Below, piece by piece: positions 11,397 to 22,961 of a DNA stretch of 64,000 nt (positions within the stretch are counted from its first letter, which is position 1; the number at the start of each line of letters is the position of its first letter). Below the pieces are notes generated by a model. That model was not told where the DNA came from. It saw only the letters and a program-made list of their open reading frames with translations, and ran no database searches. This DNA is from Elsinoe ampelina (lineage: Eukaryota). Both the position numbers and the translations under genes were made by a program. The stretch spans positions 1,355,234 through 1,419,233 of the forward strand of contig ML992503.1 in the NCBI GenBank assembly GCA_010093995.1. Reading direction: 5' to 3'.

Positions 11397-13108
11397 ATGG
11401 GCAAAGGCACTGATAAGTTGTACGTGAGTCAATGGCGTCATCAGCCTCTCTAGCAAAAACTGACAGTGTATAGATCACTCACAGCGAGTGGGCATCTGGC
11501 GATGCCTTCTCCGCCAGTGCAGGCTCCAATGCTAGGCGCAACGAGAATACTGGACTCGCCTTCTCGAGATTACCCTTCAACTTTTGCTCGCTCTCTCTAC
11601 AGCCTTTCAGTCATCCAGTATGCACGTCCGAAGGCATAATATTCGACTTGACCAACATCCTGCCATGGCTGAAGAAGAATGGGACGAATCCTGTGGATGG
11701 CACACCTCTCAAGGCGACTGAATTGATGAAGCTCACCTTTGCGAAGAACGACGATGACGAGTATGTGGATCCGGTGACGTTCAAGGTCTTCACCGACAAC
11801 ACGCATATTGTGGCACTGAGGAACACCGGCAACGTCTTTGCATTCGATACAGTAGACAGGTTGAACATCAAGGCGAAGAACTGGAACGATCTGGTCACGG
11901 ATGAGAAGTTCCAGCGCTCGGATATTATCACGCTGCAGGATCCACAGAATGTCACTGCGCGAGATCTCAACTCTTTCAAGCACATCAAGGAGGGCGAGAA
12001 TGTGCTTACTCCGGAGCAAGAAGCAGAGCGGGCAGCAAGTGTCAACACAGCAGCCATGGGTTCGTCGGCAAAGATCCTAAAAGCCAAGGAAGCGGTCGCA
12101 AAGGCCCGCGCAGAACGTGAGGCTGCAAAGAACGGTGGGCCTGCTAGTGGCAACGCAGTCGCAGGGATCAAACGCCCAGCACCGTCGTCGAGTATGGCTA
12201 GTAGGGCAGTCCCGTACAACGCGGCCAAGCACACGACTGGCAAAGCCGCGGCGTCGTTCACGTCGACAGGTCTGACACCCCACACTGGCGCCGAACACGC
12301 GACACTTTCCGAGGAGGACTATCTTCTGAAGCCGAAGCGGGTGAAGCTGACTGGTTTTGTCACAATGGCGACCACACATGGTGACTTGACGCTCGAGCTC
12401 TACCCCGAGTATGCACCGAAAGCTGTCTGGAATTTCCTACGCCTCTCACAAAAGGGATACTACAACGGCGTATCTTTCCATCGCAACATCCGCAACTTCA
12501 TGATCCAAGGCGGTGATCCCACCGGTACTGGTCGCGGTGGATCATCAATATGGGGCAAGAACTTCGAAGACCAATTCGAAGGACCTCTGACCCACGATGG
12601 CCGTGGTGTGCTAAGCATGGCCAACAAAGGCAAGGATACCAACAGCAGTCAATTCTTCATCACATACAGAGCAGTCAAGCACCTAGATCGCAAGCACACC
12701 ATCTTCGGCCGAGTGGTTGATGGTCTTGGGGCGCTCGACAAGCTGGAAAAAGTCTCGACCGACGACAAAGACCGACCACTCGAAGCCTGTGCCATCAAGG
12801 AAGTCAGAGTGCTCAGCGATCCATTCGAGGACTTTCTCAAGAAGGAACGAGAAAAGGACGTCAAGGACAAGGAGAAAGAACAGATCCGCAAGCAGGGCGG
12901 TACAGACGATGACAGGACGACATGGACCGGCAAGAAGATCGGCAGAGATGGCAAGGTCGAGAGCAACACTTCCGGCGCAGGTGTCGGCAAGTACCTCAAG
13001 GCTGCCCCAGCCCCGGTCGAGGACGAAATCATAGGAGAGTGGGAGGAGCCCGAATCAGTCAAGAAGAAGTCCAAAGCCGGTGGCTTCGGTAATTTCGATA
13101 GTTGGTAG
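11397..13108 (+). CDS. PPIL2: U-box/cyclophilin peptidyl-prolyl isomerase (PPIL2/Cyp60)
   Basis: MGKGTDKLY|ITHSEW (intron 11424..11473); FHRNIRNFMIQGGDPTGTGRGG; SMANKGKDTNSSQFF; ends FGNFDSW. Confidence 0.95.
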
Positions 13109-13193
13109 ATAAATGATACCCAGCTCGCACGAGCTTTTAACGCCATCGCTATGACCCTTTTCCCTCGCGACCCAAGCCAGTCCCATCCCCCAC

Positions 13194-14408
13194 TCACCTC
13201 TCCAACCTCACCCTCTTCCCCTCCCTCCCGTCCCCCTCCCCATCCCTCCCCCTCCTCTCCCCAACAACCACATTATTCGCCCCACTCCCCCCTGGCCCCC
13301 CATACCTGCCCCCCGCCTCCCCCCTCCCCCTCCCCCCCCTTTCGTCCCCACCAAACCGCCCCGTATCCTCCGCCTTCATATCCCTATACCGCGTCCTCCC
13401 CTTTTTCCCCAACTTGGTCATGTCCCTGATCTGCATATACTCGGGCAACAACTCCCTGTTCAGCGCATCGTCCTCGAACCGTCTCCCCGCAAGATCCCGC
13501 CTTTTCGCCGCCAGCACCTCCTCGTCGCCGTCGTCTTGGAAAAAGGCCCCGCGGTGGAAGTACTTTTGCATGAAGCCCATCTGGCCCCGTCCCTCGCGCT
13601 CGGACTTCTGCTTGTCGATGAACTCGCGGTCTTCGGCGTCGCGTTCGGCCGAGGTGAGCGCCCGGCGCCGCTCGACTTCTTCGCGCTCTTTCTCGGTGGT
13701 TTCAATGGCGAGGCGTTCGCGCTTGATGCGCTTGAGTTCGCGGAGGACCCAGGCCGCGTGCTCGGCGGCCGGGTCGAGGTTGTCTGTGTCGTCGACGTCG
13801 GATAGGTGGAGGCCGGCGTCGTCGGCGTCCCATTCTTTGGAGGCGAGGGCGCGTTCGCGGGCTGCGAGGGCGATTTGTTGCTGGAGGAGCTCGTCGGCTT
13901 TGGCGAGGCGGCGGCGCTCGGACTCGTCGGGGTTGTCCTCTTGGGGTTGGTGGGTGTGGGTGGGTTGACGTTGGCCTTTTTTAACGAAGGTTGGGGCGGT
14001 GAAGCGGCGGCGGGTGGAGGAGGCGGAGCTGTAATCGTCTGCGCTGTCGCTTTCTTCTTCGTCGTCGTCGTCTCCATCTTGTGAGCCGGAGCCAGCGCCG
14101 GAGTCGGAGTCGGAGGCTGTGACGAAGCCTTCTTCGTCTTCGTTCTGTTCTCGCCGTTGACGGGCTTCGGCCTCTTTTGCTCGTGCGGCTGCTGCTTGAG
14201 CTTCTCGTCCAGCGATGTCAGTGGTGATTTTCGGGAACGACGCGGCTTTAGGAGGAGGGGGCCGTTTAGGCGCAGGTGCGGCGGTCTCTGATTCCGAATC
14301 TGAGCTGTCGGAGGAAGAGTCAGAGACATCGCCGGCAGTGGGAAGCGCTTTGCCTGCCCGGTAGCGAGGGGCGGCGAGAGGGTTGGCGGTGAAGCGCTTC
14401 GGAGGCAT
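13194..14408 (-). CDS. MFAP1: MFAP1-family splicing factor
   Basis: RYRAGK; DVDDTDNLDP..E..AW.LRELKRIKRER; FMQKYFHRGAFFQD; GKKGRTRY. Confidence 0.92.
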   Translation of the reverse strand: MPPKRFTANPLAAPRYRAGKALPTAGDVSDSSSDSSDSESETAAPAPKRPPPPKAASFPKITTDIAGREAQAAAARAKEAEARQRREQNEDEEGFVTASDSDSGAGSGSQDGDDDDEEESDSADDYSSASSTRRRFTAPTFVKKGQRQPTHTHQPQEDNPDESERRRLAKADELLQQQIALAARERALASKEWDADDAGLHLSDVDDTDNLDPAAEHAAWVLRELKRIKRERLAIETTEKEREEVERRRALTSAERDAEDREFIDKQKSEREGRGQMGFMQKYFHRGAFFQDDGDEEVLAAKRRDLAGRRFEDDALNRELLPEYMQIRDMTKLGKKGRTRYRDMKAEDTGRFGGDERGGRGRGEAGGRYGGPGGSGANNVVVGERRGRDGEGDGREGKRVRLER

Positions 14409-15095
14409 GACGGAACGCGATCACGCCGTCAGCGTCATGGCGGAAATGCTGTTGGTCAAAGCAAGAAGAGCGGAGGTGGTAGAAAAAGTTCGGCGAGTCA
14501 GGGCGGGATGTAGCTTGGCAATGCTCGAGTCAAAACAGAGTCTGGCATGGAGACCATGCATGTGTGGCGGTGACGGGTAGGGTATAGCAGGCAGCGAGGG
14601 TGTGCTATATTTGGATGTTGTCGAGATTCGCCAGCGTCTTTGCCACAAGGCTCAGCTACGTGTAGCACTCCTTGCATGGCATCTCTCGCATCTTGCGTCT
14701 CCATCAAGCATGAGTCTGCACAGTATAGTAAACCCTGATCTCCGGCAATCGACCGCCGCGTCATGCGTGCATGAGCCTCAAAAAGAACGTAAAAAAAGCG
14801 AACCAGTCAGCTTGCTCGGAAAGCGGGGCACGGACGCGTTGTGTATGCAAATGTGGCTTGACGCATGTTTGCACGACTCGGCGTTCGGTGGGAACGGAAA
14901 GGCTGCGTCATTGCCCTTGGAAGCATTTCTTGGACGACGAGGTTTGAAATGGATATAAGGCAGCGCGGTTCTTTCTTCTTCCAATTTCCATAGCATCATC
15001 GCCATCATCGAATCAAGTACTCGCTACGTGCAAAACACAACAACAATCAGATCATTTTCACATCAGCTTCAGACAAACCACCCTACTCCATCAAT

Positions 15096-15464
15096 ATGGG
15101 TTTCTGTGTAAGTCGCGAGCGCTCCTCTCAGCCTACAAGTCACTGACGGTCGCAGTCCGATCTCTGCCTGTTCCTCCTCGCCGTCTTCCTCCCACCAGTC
15201 GCAGTCCTTGTCCGCAGAGGCTGTCGTGGCTCATTCTGGCTCAACATCCTGCTCACAATTCTGGGCTGGATTCCAGGTACGTTCCAATCTTCTTGTTCGC
15301 ATTTTGGGTTCTGACTCTTCTCAGGTGTCATTCATGCCTGGTATGTCATCCTTCGCTATCCGACTGTGACGGTCGATCGCGCGGCGCCTGCGCCGAGGAG
15401 GACAGTCGTGGCCACGAGCCCGAGGACCAGCACTGGAAGCCGCATCCACAAGAAGCACTACTAG
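15096..15464 (+). CDS. PMP3: Pmp3/UPF0057 membrane proteolipid (3 exons, missed by ORF track)
   Basis: Introns 15108..15155 and 15277..15324 give MGFCSDLCLFLLAVFLPPVAVLVRRGCRGSFWLNILLTILGWIPGVIHAWYVILRYP... Confidence 0.9.
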
Positions 15465-15889
15465 GCGGCGCATCGTCCAGCACTAGGGTAGGCTAGGGTC
15501 GAGGCGCAAGGATGGGTTATAGGAATTATACCAGGCGGTCCAAGGGGTTTCCGGAAGGAATAGCGGTTTTTGTACAATACTCGCAATAGCGGGCTGTATC
15601 ATAGTGTGAATTGGCGTATTGCATCTTCATCATCCCGCATCAAGTAATGTCCAGCACCGTCGTAAGTGATATGTGATACAAGTGGACGGACTCGCCAATG
15701 TCGGTTTCACTTTTCGTGTGCAATCACTGCTTTTGCTCCGCTTGCGCGACAGTGACATTGCCTGGCAAGCAAGAAGCTTAGTAAGTGAGCCTCGGGTGAG
15801 CGTGGGAGTCCTTGTCATCGATGGAGATATTTAGGCTCGGGCCCTTGATTAAGAGTTGTCGTCGTCGAAAAACTAGACTCGATCCGGTC

Positions 15890-16513
15890 TCAGGTAGGCG
15901 GTGTAGGCGGTGCCAGTAGAGTCCTCACCCTGTCCAGCCGCTTGAGGGCACCTTCAATCTTCTCCAACCTCTTGCTCTTGTCCTTGTCCCTTTGCTCAAG
16001 GGTTGCAACCCTCTCTTCAAGCTTACTCCGTGCCTTTCTTTCCGTAGCAACCATCTCGTTGGCTTGCTCGAATAAGTTGGCGCTGAGATCTTCCAGCTCA
16101 CTGTTCAGCTGATGGGCTTTCTTCTCTGCTTCTTCCCTGGCTTTGGTCTCCTTTTGTAACTGCGTCTGCAGATCTCCCAGATCTACACTTGGCGTCGCAT
16201 TCCCAGCAGATGGCTTTCGTCCCATGCGGAACGAAGCGAAGCGGTTCAGACCATATCCATTGGAGGCAGCGCTGTCGACGCTGTTGTTGTAGCTGTGCTG
16301 GGGATCTACCGGCGTGGCAGCAGGTGTGGCACCGGCAGCGTTACGTTGCATTCGCAGCTGGCGAATCTCTTCTTCATAGCTGGCAAGTCGATTGAGGGCG
16401 TCGACGGATTGCTCGGTGAGGACACGGACCTGGTTCTCAAGGTCGGAAATTTGCGAAGTGGAGGTGGCTGGTGAGCCGCAGGAGCTGCAGACCGGGTCTA
16501 CGGCGGAAGGCAT
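15890..16513 (-). CDS. Short Sec2 GEF-domain coiled-coil protein
   Basis: ELEDLSANLFEQANEMVATER Sec2 signature; start uncertain, upstream exons possible. Confidence 0.8.
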   Translation of the reverse strand: MPSAVDPVCSSCGSPATSTSQISDLENQVRVLTEQSVDALNRLASYEEEIRQLRMQRNAAGATPAATPVDPQHSYNNSVDSAASNGYGLNRFASFRMGRKPSAGNATPSVDLGDLQTQLQKETKAREEAEKKAHQLNSELEDLSANLFEQANEMVATERKARSKLEERVATLEQRDKDKSKRLEKIEGALKRLDRVRTLLAPPTPPT

Positions 16514-17476
16514 GACAAGGACATGGTATAGAGAATGTAGGGCCTGGAGGGTGATCAGGCGTGTAGATGAATTGCAGGGATTGGACCCTGCGGCATGTGT
16601 TTTAGAGACCAACCCTTGGGACCCCACGCGGAGGTTCAAGGTTCCAACCGGGACGGGAAAGACGAGAGGAGGTTGGTGTGCCTGGGCGACGGAAGATTAG
16701 TCAGGAATGGAAGCCATTTTGTTGCTGTGCGAGTAGCAACGTTCGTCCTTGCTTGCGACACTGTCATTGGGGAAGATGTGACGAAAGCACAGTAGCTCGA
16801 GGATGAGTGTCTTTTCCCTTATCTGTAGGCGTGAAGTGGCTTGCAGGGGATGAGAATTGTTCCGTGACGAAGAGAGCCATCCCATCACCAGAAGGACAAC
16901 AGAACCGCCATGGCGGGGAACACGACCTTCAACAGTCAGCGGAGAAGGACCAAAGACATCGAAGAAACGCTCAAGCATCAAAAGCCCTACGGACTATGGT
17001 AAATCGTCGGACCGGTCTCGGAGGATCAGCTGCACCTCACCCACTTCTGCTGGTATTTGCTGGCCCTCCCGAGATAAGGACACTCATCAATTCTGGCGCT
17101 GCCATTCATCAATTGTCTCCTTATCTATGGCTTGACTGATTCCAGGTCTTCTCGCCTACGTTTGAGAATGCTTTTACGAGCTGAAAGAGTTTTCAACTCT
17201 CGGCATGATCCACTGCTACTGCGGAGAACAGTAAATTACTAGGGCTGTATTTCTGGAGCTCGATAAAGTACATAATGTACATAATATAATGTAGGTACCC
17301 ACGGTCAGTATATCCAATCAGTCCTGCTTCGATTGGTGTCCTTTCCAGCCAGATACAACCTGGTGGAAGAGCCTTCAAGTTTGCTCGTACACACGACCAA
17401 TACGTGTGGAGCAATTGACATCCACCATACTCAATCAGAAGCTTGACGCACACGACCTACTGCTGCCAGTACAACC

Positions 17477-19023
17477 ATGTCCCACTTGGACGACAAGAAG
17501 CTGACCTCCTCGGCGTCCGATGCCATCGATTCGCTCGGAGGTGGCGAGACCATCGACCTGAGTGATGCCGCCATGGAGAAGCGCATTGTGCGTAAGATCG
17601 ATTGGAACATCCTGCCATGGGTCTGCGTGTCCTATCTCATCAACTATCTTGACCGCACAAATCTCGGGAATGCTCGAACTCTCAATAATGACAAGCCCGA
17701 AGACAACCTCGTCAGCCAGCTTGGGCTGAGTGGTATTCGATACAACGTTGCTATTGCGGTCTTCTTCGTACCCTACGTCATTATGGAATTCCCAAGTAAT
17801 ATTTTGCTCAAGTACTTCTCGCCGTCGGTCTGGATTGGACGGATCATGATCTCTTGGGGCATAGTCACCATCTGCACATCAGCGGTCAGCAGCTATGGAG
17901 GTCTTCTTGCAGCACGGTTCTTCCTAGGTCTCGCTGAAGCCGGGTTCTATCCAGGTGTCATCATGTATCTGTGTTTCTGGTATAAACCAAGCGAAAGAGC
18001 TACAAGAATGGCCATTTTTGCTGGTAGTGTAGCAGTGGCGGGTGCCTTCAGCGGACTTCTGGCCACGGGTATCTCATTCCTGAATGGCAAGTCAGGACTC
18101 AGCGGATGGCAGTGGCTCTTCATCCTCGAAGGCATTCCAGCAGTGCTTCTTGGTTTTGCGGTGTGGTTCCTCATGCCGAATTATCCAAACGATGCCAAAT
18201 TTCTCACACCCGAGGAGCGAGCATTTGCAGTTGCTCGAATGGGCGTGTACGCACCAAGTAAGGACGACAAGCACTTTGACAAGAAGATCGCCAAAGAGAC
18301 ACTCGCCGAACCTATTTTCTGGATCTATGCTATTCAGTATTTCTTCATGACCAACAGCTTGAACGCTTTCGGCTACTTTGCACCTACCATCATTGCGACG
18401 CTCGGCTTCAAGGGCTACGTTGGACAGCTCATGACTGTGCCACCTAATGTCTTTGCACTGATTGTCATTGTTGGCAACTGTCTTCATTCTGACCGCACGA
18501 AAGAGCGAATTCGACACACCCTTGGAGGGCTGGTCTTTGTCGGGACCGGGTACCTTCTCCTGGCTGTGGTCACCAACTGGATTGTGCGATACATCGCCGT
18601 GTTCCTCATTGCATCGACCAATGCGGCTGTGCTGCCATTCCTGGCCCACCGAACTGCTACAGTCTCTGGCAGCACGGCCACGGCTTTGGCCACGGGAGGG
18701 ATCATTGCTTTGGCCAATTGTGGTGGCATCAGTGCACCTTTCCTCTTCCCTTCTTCTACAGGCCCTCGTTATCAAATGGGCAATGTGAGTATTTTCTGCC
18801 CCAATAAAGTCCGAAATCATGCTGATCAATATGATAGTGGACTGTCTTTGCCTTTCTCACCGTGTCATTGGTTAGCACAACTTACCTCGGATGGCGTCTC
18901 GGTACTGGATCCGAATACAAGGACGTCAAGGTCATGGCTGGTGAGGCAGCTGATGCAGACGGGATCCATAGGCGAGAGGAGGCACAAGATGGTGAGATCC
19001 GGAGGATCACAACTAGAGACTAG
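17477..19023 (+). CDS. MFS transporter, anion:cation symporter (Dal5/Tna1-like) family
   Basis: RKIDWNILP, YLDRTNLGNA, EAGFYPG..YL.FWY, GWQWLFILEG; intron 18785..18837; TAG at 19023. Confidence 0.92.
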
Positions 19024-19686
19024 GCCGTGGAAGCGATGGCGTGCCTTGGGTTGACGACATGATGATCAAAAGTCCTGTTTGTGTGCCGTAGCTTAGCCCT
19101 TGGAATGATTGTGACTTTCTGACCCGCTTCATCCATGTGGTATAGATTGAATTTGTGTAACATACCGCAATTGCCGCGGACATATCTCCGGTAGTACAAT
19201 GCATGGACTGCTCGTGTGCTTATGCTCGCGAGTATAAACACAACGAGGGTTTCGCCGTGTCCCACCATTTTTCGGTAGCGGACCCCGCCGCTCACCGAAC
19301 GGATCAATCAAAGCAACGGGAGGGACCACTTGCGTGAGAGGCGTCCTCTCCGAACTCCACCCTTTACACTCAAAAAATGTCTCGCCCAGATGTCGCCGTG
19401 CTCAATTTTCGCCCTAATCTCTTCCGCCAAACCGGGTATAGCTAGCTGGGCTCAGAGGTAAGTGGCCTATCTCGCATGACATCTGGGTATCTAGAGTCAT
19501 GCAGGCGGACTCGTTTTCTCCCATTTACGAGTTTTTTCAACGCAAATTATCTAGCGAGCTGTACTTGTATACCGTCGCAGATTCTCTGACAGGGCATCTG
19601 GAAGCACACGAGTCCCGAGGTGCCTTTGAGTGGTTGGCTGTCTTACTATACCTGTACCAAGCATACCCCGCTCCACCACTGCTGTC

Positions 19687-21669
19687 ATGAGTGTATCTCC
19701 GAATGGACGAAGAAGCCCGTCTCCCGACGATGAAAGAACTCCATTGTTGTCGACCTCTGTAGGCAGCAGACCGCCTCCTCGAAGACCCATTCCGACGCCC
19801 TCAATCTTTATCCGACCGCAGTCGCTGCCAGCACAAGATGGATTTCCAGGCTCACATAGATCATCCTTCATTGCAAGGACCACAGACGTCGAAGTTGACG
19901 ATTTACGGCTTGATCTCGCTAGATCAGGCTCGGTTGGCTCTCTTACTGGCGAATACGGCAATCCCTATCAGACCGCAGATCCGGTGGCAGCATGGGGTCG
20001 AAAGGCCTCACAAGCAATTGTCACAGAGGATGACGATGAGTCTATCGCCGACGGCTCGTTGACTGATGTTGACGATGGTTTTCTCGGAGAAGTCGAGGAC
20101 AAGTACGCGCACACCAAGTTCATGAACATTACTCCTGCCAAGTTCTGGCTAGTATTCATGGTCGTCTTGATTTGCTATTTCGTAGCATGTTTTGACTCGA
20201 CCCTCATGGCGTCTTCACATCCCGTCATTACCTCTTACTTCGGTGCTTCAAAGGCTGCTTCGTGGCTTAGCACGACCTTCTTGATTACCTCGACCGCGTT
20301 CCAACCACTATTTGGCCGCTTCTCGGACACTTTTGGCAGACGATATGTCTATACCGCCGCATTGGTCATCTTTGCCGCTACCACAGCTTGGTGTGGTCTT
20401 GCTCAAAGCATTGGGTCCTTCATTGCAGCCAGAGCAGCAAGCGGTCTTGGAGCAGGAGGCACAATGTCCATGTCCCTGATCATTCTTTCCGACTGCATCC
20501 GTATCGAGCACAGAGGAGTCTTCCAATCTCACGTCAACATTGCCTTCGGTCTCGGCTCAGCCTCTGGAGCAGCCTTCGGCGGCTACCTCTGCGACACCTT
20601 GGGCTGGAGATGGGCATTTGGAGTTCAAGTACCCCTCATCGTCCTCGGAGCCATCCTCGCCTACCTCTTCACCCCCGCCAACCTGGGCCCCATGTTCATC
20701 AAGTCCTCCTCCGGCTCGGCCTTCCAAGCCCTCCAAAAATTCGACTGGCTCGGCTCCGCTCTCCTCATCACCACCGTCACTTCCCTCATCCTTGCCCTCA
20801 ACCTCGGCGGTAACATCTACCCCTGGCTCTCCCCACAAGTCATCACCTGCTTCATCCTCTTCGCCCTGTTCGCCCCCATCTTCATCTACCAGGAAACCCG
20901 CGCCCTCCAACCCCTCATGCCCATCCGTCTCCTCGCCCGGTCCCCCATTGGCAACCTCATCTTCTCCAACACCCTAGGCGGTATCGCGACCAACACCGTC
21001 CTGTTCAACGTCCCGCTCTTCTTCCAAGCCGTCCTGCTCACCTCGGCCTCGGACTCAGGCTTTCGTCTCGCCGTCCCTTCCTTCGTGGGATCCCTCGCCG
21101 GCATCTCCTCCGGCTACATTATAACCTACACCCGCCGCCTCAAACCCACCATCGTCCTCGGCGCCTTCGTCTACCTCGCAGGTAGCATCGCGGTGTGCTT
21201 CCTCCAGCGCGGCGTCACCGAAGCCGTCTCCCTGATCCTCATCTCCGGCGTCCCACTAGGCCAAGGCTGGGTCTTCCCCTCGACCATCATGTCTGCGCTC
21301 GCGGTATCAGAGCAAGCGGACCAAGCCATCGTGAACACCACGCTGGGACTGTGGCGCAACATCGGCACGGTGCTGGGCATTGCGATCTCGTCGCTGGTGT
21401 TCCAGAATATGCTGGGGGCGCAGTTGGAGAGTAAAGTGCAGGGCGAGGATAGGGAGGGGGTGATTGAGGCGGTGAGGAGTAGTGTCAAGGCGATTAGGTT
21501 GTTGACGGGGACGCAGCAGGAGCAGGTCATTGATGCTTATGCTGTGAGTTTGAGGGTGACGTTTACGGTGGCTGTGGCGGCTAGTGTGGCGCTTTGTGTG
21601 CTGTTGTTGCCGATTAGGTTGCCGAAGTTGATGGCGAGGCAGAAGGTGGTGGCTCATGCTGGGGAGTAG
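19687..21669 (+). CDS. MFS transporter, 14-TM DHA2/Vba-like
   Basis: ERTPLL dileucine-like vacuolar signal; AFQPLFGRFSDTFGRR; LGWRWAFGVQVP. Confidence 0.9.
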   Translation: MSVSPNGRRSPSPDDERTPLLSTSVGSRPPPRRPIPTPSIFIRPQSLPAQDGFPGSHRSSFIARTTDVEVDDLRLDLARSGSVGSLTGEYGNPYQTADPVAAWGRKASQAIVTEDDDESIADGSLTDVDDGFLGEVEDKYAHTKFMNITPAKFWLVFMVVLICYFVACFDSTLMASSHPVITSYFGASKAASWLSTTFLITSTAFQPLFGRFSDTFGRRYVYTAALVIFAATTAWCGLAQSIGSFIAARAASGLGAGGTMSMSLIILSDCIRIEHRGVFQSHVNIAFGLGSASGAAFGGYLCDTLGWRWAFGVQVPLIVLGAILAYLFTPANLGPMFIKSSSGSAFQALQKFDWLGSALLITTVTSLILALNLGGNIYPWLSPQVITCFILFALFAPIFIYQETRALQPLMPIRLLARSPIGNLIFSNTLGGIATNTVLFNVPLFFQAVLLTSASDSGFRLAVPSFVGSLAGISSGYIITYTRRLKPTIVLGAFVYLAGSIAVCFLQRGVTEAVSLILISGVPLGQGWVFPSTIMSALAVSEQADQAIVNTTLGLWRNIGTVLGIAISSLVFQNMLGAQLESKVQGEDREGVIEAVRSSVKAIRLLTGTQQEQVIDAYAVSLRVTFTVAVAASVALCVLLLPIRLPKLMARQKVVAHAGE

Positions 21670-22078
21670 AGGGGAGATGGATGGTGATGGGGCAGGTCTG
21701 ATGGGGTGAATCGGAGACGTTGTTTGAAATTGAATAGGTACTAGCGATCTCATATACAGACAGATACATCGTCATGAAAATCATCACCTTGCGTTCCGTT
21801 GTGTTTGAGGTCTCGAGATCAGTCACGTGCCTGATTGCTCCACTGCGCCCCTTCACCCCACTTCGCGTCAAGATAGCACCATTGCATGCGATCTCGTTGT
21901 TCCTTCTTCACTGGTCAAGGTGAATGTACAATCTGGCAATGGCGGTATGCTGATGAGAATGCGGTCATCGCATTCGGCATTGTAGAGATCCTGAAGCCCA
22001 CGGTAGCTCACCAGGGCAGCGGCTGTGAACTAAACAACAACACATTTCCGCCAATTATCATTGAACCGCTCTCGAATC

Positions 22079-22765
22079 ATGGCAACAGACTGGCTAGCCC
22101 AGTATAACTCCCACCTCGACATCCGCGACCACCGCGAGTCCCTCCACAAACCCTACATCCAAGCCTGCAAGTCCCCCTCCCCCTCCCTTCCACGCCCCCC
22201 ATTAACGACAACAGATACATCCCTCGCCGACCGCACATCCACCTCCACCCTCCCTACCAACCCCTCTCCCGGCCCCACCACCCTCCCAACTCACCCCACC
22301 CGCGCCCCGTCCTCCCCCAAACCCGACTCCCCCCCCTCCGACCTCACCACCCTCCGCACCCAACTCGCCACAGCCAACGCCGCCCGCACAACCCTAATCA
22401 CGCAACTCACCTCCCTCCGCACCCAACTCACCTCTCTCCAAACCACCCACGCCACTCTCCAATCAACCCACTCCTCCCTGCAAAGCACCCACTCCCTCCT
22501 CCTCCGCCGCTCAAAGGATCTAGACCACGAGTTGCGGGAGAAGAGCAAACTGATCCTGTCAGTCCAAGACGAGATGCTCGCGCTGGAGCTGGCGTTGAAT
22601 GTGGCTGAAGAGAAGACGCGGACGGCGGAGGAGAAGGTGAGGGGGATGGAGAGGGAGGTGGGGGAGGTGAGGGGGGAAAATGAGGCGTTGGTGAAGAGGT
22701 GGGTGGAGCGGGTGGGGTGGGAGAGTCGGGAGGCGGGGATGGGGGATGGGAGGGGGGAAGAGTAG
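22079..22765 (+). CDS. ATG16: Autophagy protein Atg16
   Basis: W..QY...L..RD..E N-terminus, YTSLADR after intron 22167..22214, coiled coil, QDEMLAL.L.LN..E...ENEALVKRW. Confidence 0.85.
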   Translation: MATDWLAQYNSHLDIRDHRESLHKPYIQACKSPSPSLPRPPLTTTDTSLADRTSTSTLPTNPSPGPTTLPTHPTRAPSSPKPDSPPSDLTTLRTQLATANAARTTLITQLTSLRTQLTSLQTTHATLQSTHSSLQSTHSLLLRRSKDLDHELREKSKLILSVQDEMLALELALNVAEEKTRTAEEKVRGMEREVGEVRGENEALVKRWVERVGWESREAGMGDGRGEE

Positions 22766-22961
22766 AGGCAGGGTAGGGAAGGTGGGAGGGGGGGAGTGAT
22801 GGAGTAATGAGCATGGATAGCAGCGCAAGGAGCAAAGGGGTATCTATTCTGGTTCTACTATGCACTCTTTCACCCGCCATGCATGGCCGTGATATGTCCG
22901 GCGGCCGTCTATAATACAGTCTACAATGCTTTTCCGTCTCGACCTCATCGCTGTCATGTCA

